A DNA stretch of 64,000 nucleotides, from the NCBI RefSeq assembly GCF_009914755.1, contig NC_060937.1, one strand, 5' to 3'. Under the pieces are notes generated by a model. That model was not told the DNA's origin, searched no databases, and saw only the letters and a program-made list of their open reading frames with translations. This DNA is from the human T2T-CHM13v2.0 reference genome, Homo sapiens. A program made the translations under genes and the position numbers. Shown here in pieces: positions 12,261 through 25,599 of the stretch; the stretch's first letter is position 1, and every line of letters starts with the position of its first letter.

Positions 12261-13811
12261 AAACATTGGCTAGCTGGTAACTTCCTACAAGGAAGCGTGT
12301 GTCTTTGTTTAACCAGGAGTTATTCCTGCCATTTTCTTTTAGAATGTTTCAGATCTCCAGAAAATGAGCCCCTAATTGCAGAGTTTGATGTTGAACAATT
12401 AATTCCAGGGAGCTGTATCTTGAGTCTGGCATAGGGTGATTCCTCTCTCTCTCTCTCTGTATCTTGATTGCAACATAATTTTTTAATGACCACTCAGCCA
12501 GGGCCCCTGGGGCGCTGAAAACTCAACATGGTCTCTTCACCCCAGAACCTTGGTTTAGTGCTGAGCATGTACCAAGCTTTGTGCCCCAGTGTGTGGGAGG
12601 ACGTACCCCTGTCACATCAGCCAGGAAGGGCTTTACACTTAAGTCACAGTTTCTTGGCTTGGAGCTCTCATTAGTTCAGTTTCTGGGGCCCCCGAGCTTC
12701 CCACAGCTCCTTTGCAATGGGTCCTGTTGGCTAACACCTCTGTGGCCACTTGACTTTTTCATGCTGTCTACTGCTGGGGTCAGACCCAAAGTGATTGGCA
12801 TGTCTTCCCTCACTCTAGTCCAGCATCTGGTTTTCCCCACTGGCACTCCCTGCTCAATGCTACCACCACCATGTTCAGACAGCCACTCCTGATGTCGTTG
12901 TTGATTGCACACCAATCTGCAGATATTGTGGGTTGTAATGAACAGCAAGGCAGAAGAGACCACCAGGGGAATGACGGTTGCAGGAGGGCCCCTGGAGTCT
13001 CTACCCTGAAAGCTGAGCTTGCCAAGTATGAATGTGGGTTGGCTTAATATCCCTGGGATGACCACACTCCCAGCAAACTGAGATGGGAAAATCAGATCAT
13101 TCATATGTCCATTCACCATGTGTGATTGTTATAGAGGCTGCAATTTACTTTAATAAACTTAAAGCAAAGCTAGTGTAATGTTTTGAATGTGCTGATTAGT
13201 TCAAGCTTCATTCTAGGGCTGCCCCAAAAGACAAACCACATTCCAGTGGTGGTCTGCTCACCTACATCAGAAAGACCACATTCCAGTGTGGGCCATCACA
13301 AGAATGTCCCTAGTCCATACCTTGGTCAATACCTGAGGCTTTGCTAATAAGCAGAGTGAATGTTATAAATGAAATTTCTAATTGATTAAAGTAGACTTCT
13401 TGAATAGCACGATGGATGTTGGAAATTGGTAAAAAAATAAGTAAAGGTAGTTGAGAAATGTGGATTGATTAAAATATTTAAAGACACTCCCAGCTCTTAC
13501 AGCAACGGGGTATAAGAATCTAAGGAGGCCCGTAGCCCTTGTCCTGAGGGATGGCGCACAAGGCAAGTTCCTAAACAGTCCTGTGTAAACAGCCATGACC
13601 TTGGAGGATTCTCCTTGCACGTTGCTAGCCATGAGAGTACAGGAGCCTGCCTCTGGAACCCAGGGAAATTGCCTCCGGTGAACACAGCTTTTACACAAGG
13701 TGTGGACAGAGAGCTGGAATCTCAACAAGCTTCCAGAACAGCTTCCATGAGCCACTTTTGTGCTTGGTTGTTAACAAATGCTCAGTGAATAAGTGGCTAT
13801 CTGTGTGGCAG

Positions 13812-13948
13812 CAAGACTGAGACTGCAGTGAGCCAAGCGAGGCGTTCGCCTCAAGTGCAAAATTTAAAAGGGTGCCGAAGCAAATATTTTAACGCAAGTT
13901 TTAAAAAATCTGTGATGAACAAAATACCCAGTTTTAAATAAAGACAGG
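13812..13948 (+). mobile_element. MER96B-like hAT-Tip100 DNA transposon 5' fragment
   Basis: gactgagactgcagtgagccaagcgaggcgttcgcctcaagtgcaaaattt...gatgaacaaaata...ttttaaataaagacagg. Confidence 0.65.
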
Positions 13949-14149
13949 CTGTTGATGTTTGTTTTATAGCCCAGCTTTACTGTGCATCAAGAACAGTTGT
14001 TTCCAATCAGCCAGAGATTCCAGGACCCCTGCCTGGGGCCGCCTTCACTCAGCAGGTTTACGAAGGCTGAAGATGGTAAACACAGGTTAGGCAATATGGG
14101 TGGGCATTATATAGTCATGGTTTTTGATTAGAGCTTTTATTAGCTTTTG

Positions 14150-14297
14150 ATATTAATATGATATAATTATATAATATGTATTTATATAATTTTTTATATA
14201 TTTATTTATATATTTATTATATAATTTATATATTTTTTATAATCAGTTATATAACACATATTTATAATGTATAGTAAATATAAAAGATAATATATGA
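14150..14297. repeat. AT-rich low-complexity tract
   Basis: Direct read. Confidence 0.85.
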
Positions 14298-14626
<329 letters not shown>

Positions 14627-14935
14627 TTAACTATTAATAAAGGTACACAGAGGCACACATTCTTCCTTTTGCTCAGGCTCCAGCGTGGCTGGACACAGCA
14701 TGGGGTGGTGGATTTTCATCTGAGATTCACTCTCCTCATAACCCGGTGATGAGGTTGGGCGTGTTGGGAGAGTTTGCAGCAGTGGCACTTTTTCCTGGTG
14801 ACTTATATTCTGGCCTCCCTCTCCGTCCATGGCACCTGCTTTCCCAGGATCAAGGTCACTGGCAACATAAATTAATAGTTAGGTTTCTGGGTAGTGTAAA
14901 ATTACAGCAAAGAAAGGAAAATATATGGATGCCTG

Positions 14936-15700
14936 AGCTATGCCCTGAGTGTTTGTGTCCCCCCAAAATTCATGTTAAAACCCTCATCCCCAGTGGATGG
15001 TATTTAAAGATGGGGCCTTGGAGAGATGATTAGGTCTTGAGGGTGGAGCCCTCATGATAGGATTGGTGTCTGTGTTAGCCCGTTCACACACTGCTCTAAA
15101 GACATACCTGAGACTGGGTAATTTACAAAGAAAAGAGGTTTAATTGACTTACGGTTCCACAGGCTGTACAGGAGGCATGGCTAGGGAGGTCTTAGGAAAC
15201 TTACAATCATGGCGGAAGGTGAAGGAGAAGTAAGCACACCTTACATGGTGGGAGCAGGAGGAAGAGTGAAGGCAAATGGGGAGGTGCTACACACTTTCAA
15301 ACAACCAGATCTTACGAGAACTCTATCAGGAGATAGCACTAAGGGGATGGTGCTACACCATTAGAAACCACCCCCATGATCCAATCACCTCCCACCAGGC
15401 CCCACCTCCAAAACTCAGGATCATAATTTAACATGAGATTTAGGTGGTGACACAGAGCCTAGCCATATCAGTATCCTAATAAGAAGAGACACAAGAACTT
15501 GCATCTTCTCTTTGCCCTCCACCTTGTGCAGACACAATGAGAAGACAGTTTTCCATGAACCAGGAAGCAGCCTTCACCAGATACCAGATCCTCCATGGGA
15601 TCATGGACTTCCCAGCCTCCAGAACTATGAGAAATAAATGTGTGTTGTTTAAGCCATGCAGTCTATGGAACTTTGTTATAGTAGCCCAAATGGACTAACA
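14936..15700 (+). mobile_element. MLT1A-type MaLR solo LTR, split by MSTA
   Basis: 5' half tgtttgtgtcccccc aaaattcatgtt...gagggtggagccctcatga; 3' half gacttcccagcctccagaactatgagaaataaa...ggactaaca. Confidence 0.85.
15071..15470 (-). mobile_element. MSTA MaLR solo LTR
   Basis: tgtgttagccc...cctgagactgggtaatt...ccatatca; TSD gtgtc/gtatc. Confidence 0.92.
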
Positions 15701-15704
15701 TAGC

Positions 15705-15768
15705 ATATATGTACATATGTATGTGTGTGTGTGTGTGTGCATGCATGAATGTGTGTGTACATGTGTGT
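15705..15768. repeat. (TG)n/(TA)n compound microsatellite
   Basis: Direct read. Confidence 0.85.
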
Positions 15769-16811
15769 TTCTTAACTACTTTCTATTTGCTTAAAATATA
15801 ATATTGGGGGGATAGTTTGAATTTTTTTAATTATAGAAAAGCATCGATAAAAGTAAAAATATTTTTAGAATCACTCATAATCTTACTACACACACATACT
15901 CACACACATATAAAAGAAGAAACTGTCTTAAGAGATTTCAAGAAGTTTCAGTCAAGAAAGCACTTCCAATAAATGGAAACATAAAATTTTGGGGAATTCC
16001 TAGTAGATGCATCTTTGAGATGCATCTTGATGGACAAATTGCTAGGACAGATTGTTGAGTGAGTAAAGCAAGTTGTAGAATGATAAGTGCAGTTTGATGC
16101 TAAGTACGGTGTGATACTATTTATGTCATAGACACCCACACACAAAACAAGTCACACCATACATTCTCTATAAGTCCATGTGTGTTTACATAAATGCACA
16201 GAAAGGATGTGGAAGGTGCCCCTCCAGCCAAGAATGATGCTGATCTCTCAGGAGAAGCAGGAGGGGATGAGATTGGGTAGGGGCCTGGTCAAAGAATTTC
16301 CTTCTATATAATGTTTTAATATTTTACAAGGGAATAGTATTCATATGAATTACAAGATGACCATTCCAGGGAAGTGGGCAGTGTGAATTTTAAGTGGGAA
16401 AGAAGAGGGCAGTTTGAAGACAGTTTGGCAGTAACAAAGTGTACCAAGAAGGCTAGTTAGGAGAGCATACCAAAAGGTAGGTAATTTTTAAGATCCAAAA
16501 GTAAAGGAACTTAAACTCCAGGCTGAGGAACTGGTACTTTATTCATAGCTATGCCATAGGAAGATACTTTGGATACCCACATATAAAGCACATTTGTTGG
16601 AAAATCAGTTAGGAAGCCACATCAATGGCCAAGTGAGCCCAGTCTGGGACAGGAAGAGGAGGAACTGAGGAAAAAGATGAGACAGATTTTGAACCCACCT
16701 AATCTGATAGGGAGCAGGAAGAGTGAAGGCAAGGACAGCAAGAGAGGGAGGAATCAAAGATTTCATCCATGTGGCTGGTGTGATGTTGTTGTCACTTAAA
16801 GAGGTACAGAA

Positions 16812-17092
16812 TTTTCTTTTTTTTGAGACAGTGTCTCGCTGTGTTGCCAGGCTGGAGTGCAGTGTCACAATCTCCCAGTCTCATCTTGGCTCACCGCAAA
16901 CTCCGCCTCCTGGGTTCAAGCAATTCTCATGCCTCAGCCTCCCGAATAGCTGGGATTAAAGACATCCACCACCATAACTGGCTAATTTTTGTATTTTTAG
17001 TAAAGACAGGGTTTCACCATGTTGGCCAGGCTGGTCTCGAATTCCTGACCTCAATTGATCTGCCTGCCTCGGCCTCCCGAAGTGCTGGGATT
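16812..17092 (-). mobile_element. AluS, 5'-truncated by about 25 nt, inside an L2 relic
   Basis: Ends at agtgctgggatt; TSD-like tacaga(a/c)tttt on both sides. Confidence 0.95.
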
Positions 17093-17252
17093 GAAATACA
17101 GACTTTTTAAAAATAGAGATTGGAAAGAGAAAATACTAATGATCACCAAATTCTCTCTCTCAAACACATAAGTAAGTGAATGAAATTTCTTTCCAATGAT
17201 TAACTGAGCTAATATGTGGAAAGCTCTGAGAACAAAGGCAATGCTTAACTGC

Positions 17253-17490
17253 AATAATAGTGGCAAACACACACGGATAGTTTTTATGTATCAAGCATGA
17301 TTGTAAGCACTTTAATGTATTAAAATTTTAATTCTCACCATAATTATATGCAATAGGTATTATTACTATGGCCATTTGGCAAGATTACATTTGCAGAATT
17401 GTGACGTGCCTTGCCGGAGTCCTGTTGATAGCAAGCTGGCAGAACAGGCGTGCATGTCCGAGCCACCTGGTGCCAGGGCCCATAATTTCA
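17253..17490 (-). mobile_element. MIR
   Basis: aataatagtggcaaaca...gtaagcacttta...aggtattattacta. Confidence 0.65.
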
Positions 17491-19794
17491 CTCTCATCCA
17501 AATTGCTTTCAACAGATGACAGTGGTGGTGTCGTTATTAAAAAACAAGTTATTAAGCATCCCTATGTCCTAAGCTCTGTGCTGAGTATTGTCCAGATGCC
17601 ATATAATGTAACATTTTGGCCCATTAACTTAGAAACCATATTTGAAAAGGTAAAATTATGTAAAAGTTATTTAAATCTCATTAAATCAAAAAATTCAATT
17701 AAATAGAAATCTCTTTCGTAAACATTTTACCTAATAGCGATTTCAGCATATGAAAATTGACTTGTGGATGACAATTCCACAAAAAATAATGTCGACTGCA
17801 AGGGGCAATTTGTTAAATCAGGTAAGGAAGGAACTTGGGGGTCACAGTCATTGTGGCAACTGCTCAGTGCTAATTATAAAATGTTGAAGAGCTGTCAGAG
17901 AGAAAGCCAACCTGGGAATCTCCATGGCTGTCTAATGGGAAGCAGTTACAGCCAGATTACATTGGAGAAAGAAAAATGGAAAACACCACCTGGTTGAACC
18001 CCACCTTTTAGAGATAATGAAACCTGAGCTAAGGGGAGCCCCCACGGGATCCCTCAGGTAGAGTCAGGCTAGAGCACTCTGTCTGGCAATCCCCTCTCCA
18101 GGGTGACATCCTGGCTAAGGTAACAGAATTAGGTGACATATGTGACTTGAATGCACCAGGGATTCCCAAAGGTTGAGAGGCCTGGGCCACGTACATTTGG
18201 GGCTTTAGGAGTGGTGGGGGCTTCTAATATGTTAAAAAATAAAGATGAATCACATAAAGCCACAGACATGGTCAGTTCATCTCCATTCGCTGGCACCAAA
18301 AGGACTGACAGTATGACTTGGTTTGGCTGGAAAGTGTCAATTTATGTCTGTTTTCCTGATGGAATGATTCATGAGCCTCCTTTCACTGCCAACAGTTTTC
18401 AGTCTGGATAATATATTAACTGGTCACCTTGATCAAAAAAGTCTGTGTGAATGTGACATACTGGGCCAATGGTCATCCTGCTGCCTGCCTGTCATGCCCA
18501 CCTAGCCTCACCCAGCCCCACAGGCCATGGTACACGTGGCTCTGTGATTTGGGACACCCTTGCATTTGTATTAAATGAGCCACAGTCACCTGCTGGCAAA
18601 GGACAATATCACCATGCTAAGATCAACAGGGGGACTGGTGGAAGAACTGTGGGGCAGGAGAATCTCAATGGCATTGTCTGGGTACCCAGCTTTGACTTGT
18701 CCTTGACACAGTTAACTGCATGTGTCTCTACTCTGCTTGTAAAATAAAAAGTGACCACTGTATTCTGTAAAGGCAAGGACACAAGTCTTTCTACCTGATG
18801 CCATGAATATGCCTGGATATATTGACATATGACATGGATATATGTCCACAAAGATGGATACATGTGATATATACATGATCATTTAAAAAGTCGTAAAGAA
18901 AAATACACGCGACCAACAAGTTTGTCGTCATGGGTATGTTGGGATGAGGTGGAAGGATGGAACATTCAATAGGACAGGAAGGTGAGGAGGAAGGGAGCCA
19001 AAAGACAAAGGGAAAAATAATGATAGAGACCGCACTAAAAAGAGAGAAGCAAATTGATTATAAGATGGCTTTACACATATAGGTAAAACTAGGTATGTGT
19101 GCATGCATGAAGTAGAGACACATGCAGAATGGATCAAGTGTTAGTCTGGGAGTTGATCTCCCAATGCTCTGTGAGAATATCTTGTTCACTCCAGCCTCAC
19201 CGAGTACTTAGGATAGTGCCCACGCACAGATATTTCTGGAAGGAAATAAGAATGCAAGCTAGCAAATCAACTTGATTTCTATCCCTAAAGACACTACTCC
19301 TTAGGTGTGCAGCTCTGGGCAATACTTCCTTGGCCCAGAGGTAGCTGAGAGAATGAAAGACTGTTTTCAACAAGGGCAGGGCTGAGCAAAAAATTCAGGC
19401 AGACAAATTCTCCTAGACACCCCCAGACATTGCGGCCACTAGTTTTGCTGCAGTGGCAGCCTGCTTTGAAGCTGCGTGTTTGGTCTGTTAAGCTTTCTTA
19501 ATTCATGTGCACATACTCACGTGCACGCACACACACAGAAAGGCAATAAAGAAAAATTACCTACAGTTTTCTTTTCAATGTGTATAAATGTGTGTTTTCA
19601 AATTTATACTTTTAAATATGTAAATGCCATCCCTCACACTTTTTAATTGTACGTATAAACAAACTCTTTTTTAACAAAATGAGGTCATTTATATTTTCCT
19701 ACTAAAGGAGAATTTTATATTATTCTGCTTTATAAACTTTTATTCTCACTTAATATATTACAGATGTCTTCCAGGATTGTTCATAGAAGACCAC

Positions 19795-20170
19795 TGTAGT
19801 CAGCTAATTGTCACAGTAATGATGCATAACAAATCACCAATGACTCCCAACAACTATCTTTTTCTTCACTCACACTGAGGGTCTCGTCTTGACTCTGAGC
19901 TTCAGGTTGGGTCCAGTCTGCTTCCCATGTCTGTTCTAGAGAGTGTCATTCTTCTTATGGTGATGGCAGAAGCTCAAGAGGAGTGAATGGAAACACATAG
20001 TGCCCCTCAAGTTGCCTCTGTCTACTTCTCATGGCCCAAAGCAAGTCATATGGTCAAGTCCAATATTTGTGGGATGGGGAAATACACTCCTGGGATCAAC
20101 AGCAGAGTCATTGACACAGGGTGTGGTTGGGGAGAGGAGGGTGAGGCAAGAAGGAAGATGTAATATGCCA
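19795..20170 (-). mobile_element. Old MLT1 (I/J-like) MaLR LTR
   Basis: gcataacaaatcacc...ggcccaaagcaagtcatatggtcaagtccaa...gggatggggaaatacactcc. Confidence 0.75.
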
Positions 20171-21202
20171 TGGTAGAAATGTATCAGACTTTATTTATCC
20201 AGGCCCCTACAGATTAAAAATTAGATTGATTCCAATAAACAGTCATGCAAAATGCACTCTACCAAGCCCCTCATTTAATTCTCACAGCAACCCTGAAGAG
20301 CAGTTACTATTAACCGCACTGAAGAATGGGGAGGAAACTGGATCATGCTATAGATGATTAATAATTTGCTCTCAGTCATTGTTTTAGTGGGAAATGCAGG
20401 TGTCCCTCAAACCCAGATTTTCCCAGTGCAGCCCCATAAAAATCCTTCTGAGATTTGGTGCATGGTCAGATTTGTCTTTTCCAGGGAGCTGTGAATAAAG
20501 ACACAGTTCATCCTATTTCTCTTTTGTCTAGGCTTCCATGAAGCTCAAAGCCAAGTTCAAGTCTCAAACAAGGCAAATTACTTACAATTAGTATATTCAT
20601 AGACTCATTTCTTTGGTTCTAATGTTCCATTTCTATTTCACTCAACTTATTTATAGAGTACTCTTTTGCAAGTTTCCTTCATTTTAAAAATAAAGAATCA
20701 AGATGTAATTAATTTGAATTTGAAGGATGTCAGAATTTCTTGACTGAGCATTCAAGGAGCTCAAGAGTGCTGGGTTCTGATTGTGGATGGTCAGTGCCCC
20801 AGACTCTGCCTCCTACACAGTGCAACTTTCTGAAGCCTGGGCTGTAGGTGGTCACCAGTCACACTCACTGCAGCCAGAAGACAAAGAAGGGAAAAAGAAT
20901 GACACTCAAATGAATCGATTGTATTGATTAGCAGGAACTCCAGTAGCAATTCAAGAGCATTGGAAAATTAATAAATTATGGTGTTCCTCCCTGCTTACCA
21001 ATACCAGAGATAATCTAGGGTTAATTTTAGCGCCCTACACTGCATCTGGCCCCTGTCAGGTACTTGATAAATGCATAATGATGCACAGCTATACATTTAT
21101 CAAAAAGAAATAAATATAATCAACACCCAAAAGGCAAATGTCTTTTAAAATTTTCATTCTTACGTTTTAGACTATTAATGTATCAATTTAAAGACAAACT
21201 CC

Positions 21203-21950
21203 TGTAATCACCCAGTGGAGTCTTCTTGCCCACTGCACTAACAAAACCAATTCACTGAAACAATGGCATTGCAGTAAAGGAAGAGTTTAATTGACATGAG
21301 GCCAGCCACACCATGCAGAAGATGAAGTTATTACTCAAATTGGTCTCCCTGAACCCTTGGAGGTTAGGGTTTTTCAAGGATAGTTTGGTGGGCAGGGGAC
21401 TAGGGAATGGGTGCTGCTGATTGGTTGGGGATGCCATCATGGGGGAAATGTGGAAGATGTGGAAAATGGTTATTGCGTGCTTAGTCCACCTCTGGGTGGG
21501 GGCCGCAGGACCAGCTGAGTCATGAGTCACAGGTCTGGGTGGAGTCAGCCAAGTAATCAGAAATGCAAAGTCTGAAAAGACATTGCAAAAGTCCAATCTT
21601 AGTTTCTACAATAGTAATGTTACTTACAAGAATAACTGGGGAAGTTACAAATCCTGTGATCTCCGGAACTATGGCTGATTATCATTTAACTATGCCTACA
21701 TCTTAGCAGAATTCAGACCCTTATAATCCTAACCTTGTGGGCTTTCATTAATTAGTTTTACAAAGGTGATTTAGTTTAGAGAAGGACTATTATCATCCTT
21801 GCTCTACAGTTAAATTATTAACTAAAATTTCCCTAAAGTCAGTTTGCCCTACACCTAGGAATGACCAAGGGCAGCTTGGAGATTAGAACCAAGATGGCAT
21901 CAACTATATAAGATTTATCTTACTGTTGTAATTTTGCAAAGGCAATTTCA
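21203..21950 (-). mobile_element. MER50 3' LTR
   Basis: Minus strand TGAAATTGCCTTTGCAAAATT...GGGTGATTACA; polypurine tract at 21951-21963; homologous to 31956-32662. Confidence 0.9.
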
Positions 21951-22664
21951 ATCCCTTCCTTGGGTTTCAGCACATCTCAATCCTGAGGTATGAGCTATGG
22001 AGATGAAAAAAGGCCAACAACAGCTCTAACTTCTTCCTGCTGACAGGGGGCATAGCTGGAGTAGATATTGCTCTCAGGGTGAGAGGAGTGAAAGAGTTTT
22101 GCAGTTGTCTGTACGTATTCAAGGGTGCCTGGCTGGGATCTCAAGGTCTGCATAACAAAAACATTAGTGCTCTTAACCACAGCTTTAGTACGGCACCTAA
22201 GAGAATAGCAGACTATAAGAGTCCTAACATAAGGAGTGAAAACCCTATAGAACTGACCTGAAGCCTTGAGGGATCCAGGTGAATGATGCCAAGAATCAAT
22301 CAGGTATTGGGTCATCAGCAGAGACTCAAAACCAATGGCCAAGGCCGGAATCTGGTGTACTATAGTTTTTCTGAAACATGTTTTTTCTCTCTCCAGTTTT
22401 TCACTTCTACCAAAGATAAATCACAGTAGGAGCAATTTATTTGCAGAATAAGTTTTAGTTTTATTATATTTGGCCTAATTATTTGCATAAAGCATAGGAA
22501 GAATGATTATTTGCTATATAGGCTTTTTTTCTAAATTGGCTTTTCTGGATTTTTTTTTTTCATAAGGAATTTCACATTAGACCTTTTAAAAGCCTCTTGA
22601 ACCCAGCTGAAGATTTTATAAAAAGGATCAGCAACATTTCAAACAAAAAGTCATAAAAAGATTA

Positions 22665-22974
<310 letters not shown>

Positions 22975-24499
22975 TTACCTTCTATTAGTACAGTCCATGC
23001 AATTAACTCCTGTTCTGCTTAATATTTATGAACATATCAGTTCTTCATAAGAGTCCTGGAAGTTTTCTCTCTATTTCAATGGAATAATATGCAAAGTTGT
23101 CAGAAACCTGTATTTAAGAGCACCTGTCAGCGTTTTATAGTTTATTATAAAACCACTTTTTGAAAAGGATCAAAGTAAAACAATTGTAGATGACAAAAGT
23201 TTCAGAACAACTATGATTAATTACACAATTGACAAGGAAATCTGGTTATTTTGTGGCATACAACAATTTAACAAAATAATTATAATTATTACTGATAATA
23301 TACACTAAGTCTTATCGGAATTATAGGCACCTCACACAACTCTGGAACACACAGCAATAACATATTAATACAAATACAGCCCAAAGAAAGCCAAACACCA
23401 TTTCATACTTGACAACACTACCTGTATGATCTTAACATAGCAAATAAGTCAAATATGTGTCCATTTCAGACTTCAAGGGACCTAATATCTAAAAAAATTA
23501 ATGAGGTCAAAAGGTGGGATTTAAAACTTGATTTTGGAAAGTTTTTCAAATATCAAAGGTGTAAAACACTTGTCACAAAAGAGTATCACAGGTTATTCAT
23601 TTAGCCAAAGTGATTAACTCAAAGATTTAAAAAAAAAAAAAATCCTTTACTCCGATAGAGAAGAGACTCAGCTTTCCAAAGAACAAGACCCAACAAAGAC
23701 AGGAGGAGGCCAACTGAATCTGTCTCTTCTCTCTCCCCTCTTTTCTTTTTCCTGCAGTTTGCTCAAAAGGCAAAAAACTTTCATTATCTCTCAATATTAC
23801 ATGAAAATCTTGTTCAAAAAAGAAAACCAAATTCCCCCTTTGCAGTGCACTGTTAATGCTAAAGCTAATTTTTAATAAAATCTTATAAACAAATCTAATT
23901 TTAATTAGCTTGACCATAAGGTATCTACAAACCCTTTATAACTCTTTTTTTTTTTTTTTCAGGGAGGGGTGGCATTTGTTTGTTTGTTTATTTATTTATT
24001 TTATTTCAATAGGTTTTAGGGAACAGGTGATGTTTGGTTACATGAGTAAGCTCTTCAATGGTGATTTCTGAAATTTTGGCGCACCTATCACCCAAGCAGT
24101 ATACACTGTACCCAATGTGTAGTCTTTTATCCCTCACCCCCCTCCAACCCTTTCACCCAAATCCCTAAAGTCCATTGCATCATTCTTACACTTTTGCAAC
24201 CACATAGCTTAGTTCCCACTTATGAGTGAGAACATAAGACATTTGGTTTTCCATTCCTGCGTTACTTCACTTGGAATAATGGTCTCCAGTTCCATCCAGG
24301 TTGCTGCAAATGCCATTATTTCATTCCTTTTTATGGCTGAGTAGTATTCCATGGTGTATATATATCCCACAGTTTCTTTATCTGCTCATTGATTGATGGG
24401 CATTTGGGCAGGTTCCATAATTTTGCAGTTGTGAGTTGTGCTGCCATAAACATGCGTATGCAAGTATCTTTTTCATATATTTTTTTCATATAATGACTT

Positions 24500-25542
24500 C
24501 ATTTAGTTCTGCTCTGATCTTTGTTATTTCTTTTCTTCTGCTGGATTTGGGTTTGTTTTGTTCTTGTTTCTCTAATTCCTTGAGGTGTGATCTTAAATTG
24601 CCTATTTGTGCCTTTAGACTTTTTGATGTAGGCATTTAAGGCTATGAACTTTCCTCTTAGCACTGCCTATGCTGTATCCCAGGGGTTTTGATAGGTTGTG
24701 TCACTATTATCATTTAGTTCAAATAACTTTTTAATTTCCATTTTGATTTCATTGTTGACCCAACAATCATTCAGGAGCAGGTTATTTCATTTCCATGTAT
24801 TTGCATGGTTTTGAACGTTCCTTTTGGAGTTGATTTCCAATTTTTTTCCACTGTAGTCTGAGAGAGTACTTGATATAATTTTGATTTTCTCAAATTTATT
24901 GACACGTGTGTTTTGTGGTCAATCATGTGGTCCATCTTGGAGAATGTTCATGTGCTGATGAATAGAATGTATATTCTGCAGTTTTTGGGTAGAATGCTCT
25001 GTAAATATTTGTTAAGTCCATTGGTTCTAAAGTGTAGTTTAAATGCATTGTTTCTTTGTTGACTTTCTGTCTTATAGACCCATCTAGTGCTGTCAGTGGA
25101 ATATTGAAGTTCCCCACTATTACTGTGTTGCTGTCTATCTCATTTCTTAGGTCTAGTAGTAATTGTTTTATAAATACTGGAGCTCCAGTGTTAGATGCAT
25201 ATATATTTAGGATTGTGATCGTTTCCTGTTGGCCACTTCCCTTCATCATTATATGATGTCCCTCTTTGTCTTTTTTAACAGTTGTTGCTTTAAAGTTTGT
25301 TTTCTCTGGTATAAGAATAGCTACTCCTGCTCACTTTTGGTGTCCATTTGCATGGAATATCTTTTTCCACCCCTTTACCTTAAGTTTACATGAGTCCGTA
25401 TGTGTCAGGTGAGTCTCTTGAAGACAGCAGATACTTGGCTGATAAATTCTTATCCATTCCGACATTCTGTATCTTTTAAGTGGAGCATTTAGGCCATTTA
25501 CTCAATGTTAGTATTGAGATATGAGGTACTATTCTATTCATC
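24500..25542 (-). pseudogene. Disrupted L1 ORF2 APE-like endonuclease domain
   Basis: ORF 24923-25249: ITILNIYASNTGAP...VIVGNFNIPLTALD...DLTNIYRAFYP..EYTFYSSAH. Confidence 0.92.
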
Positions 25543-25599
25543 ATGCTATTTGTTGCCTGAATACCTGGTGTTTTTTTTTTCATTGTGTTATTGTTTTAT

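Noticed and set aside
13235-13288. CRISPR-like repeat-spacer-repeat (also at 38159-38203 and 46924-46975)
   Set aside because: Only two copies each, in primate DNA, with no cas genes; these are ordinary local duplications.
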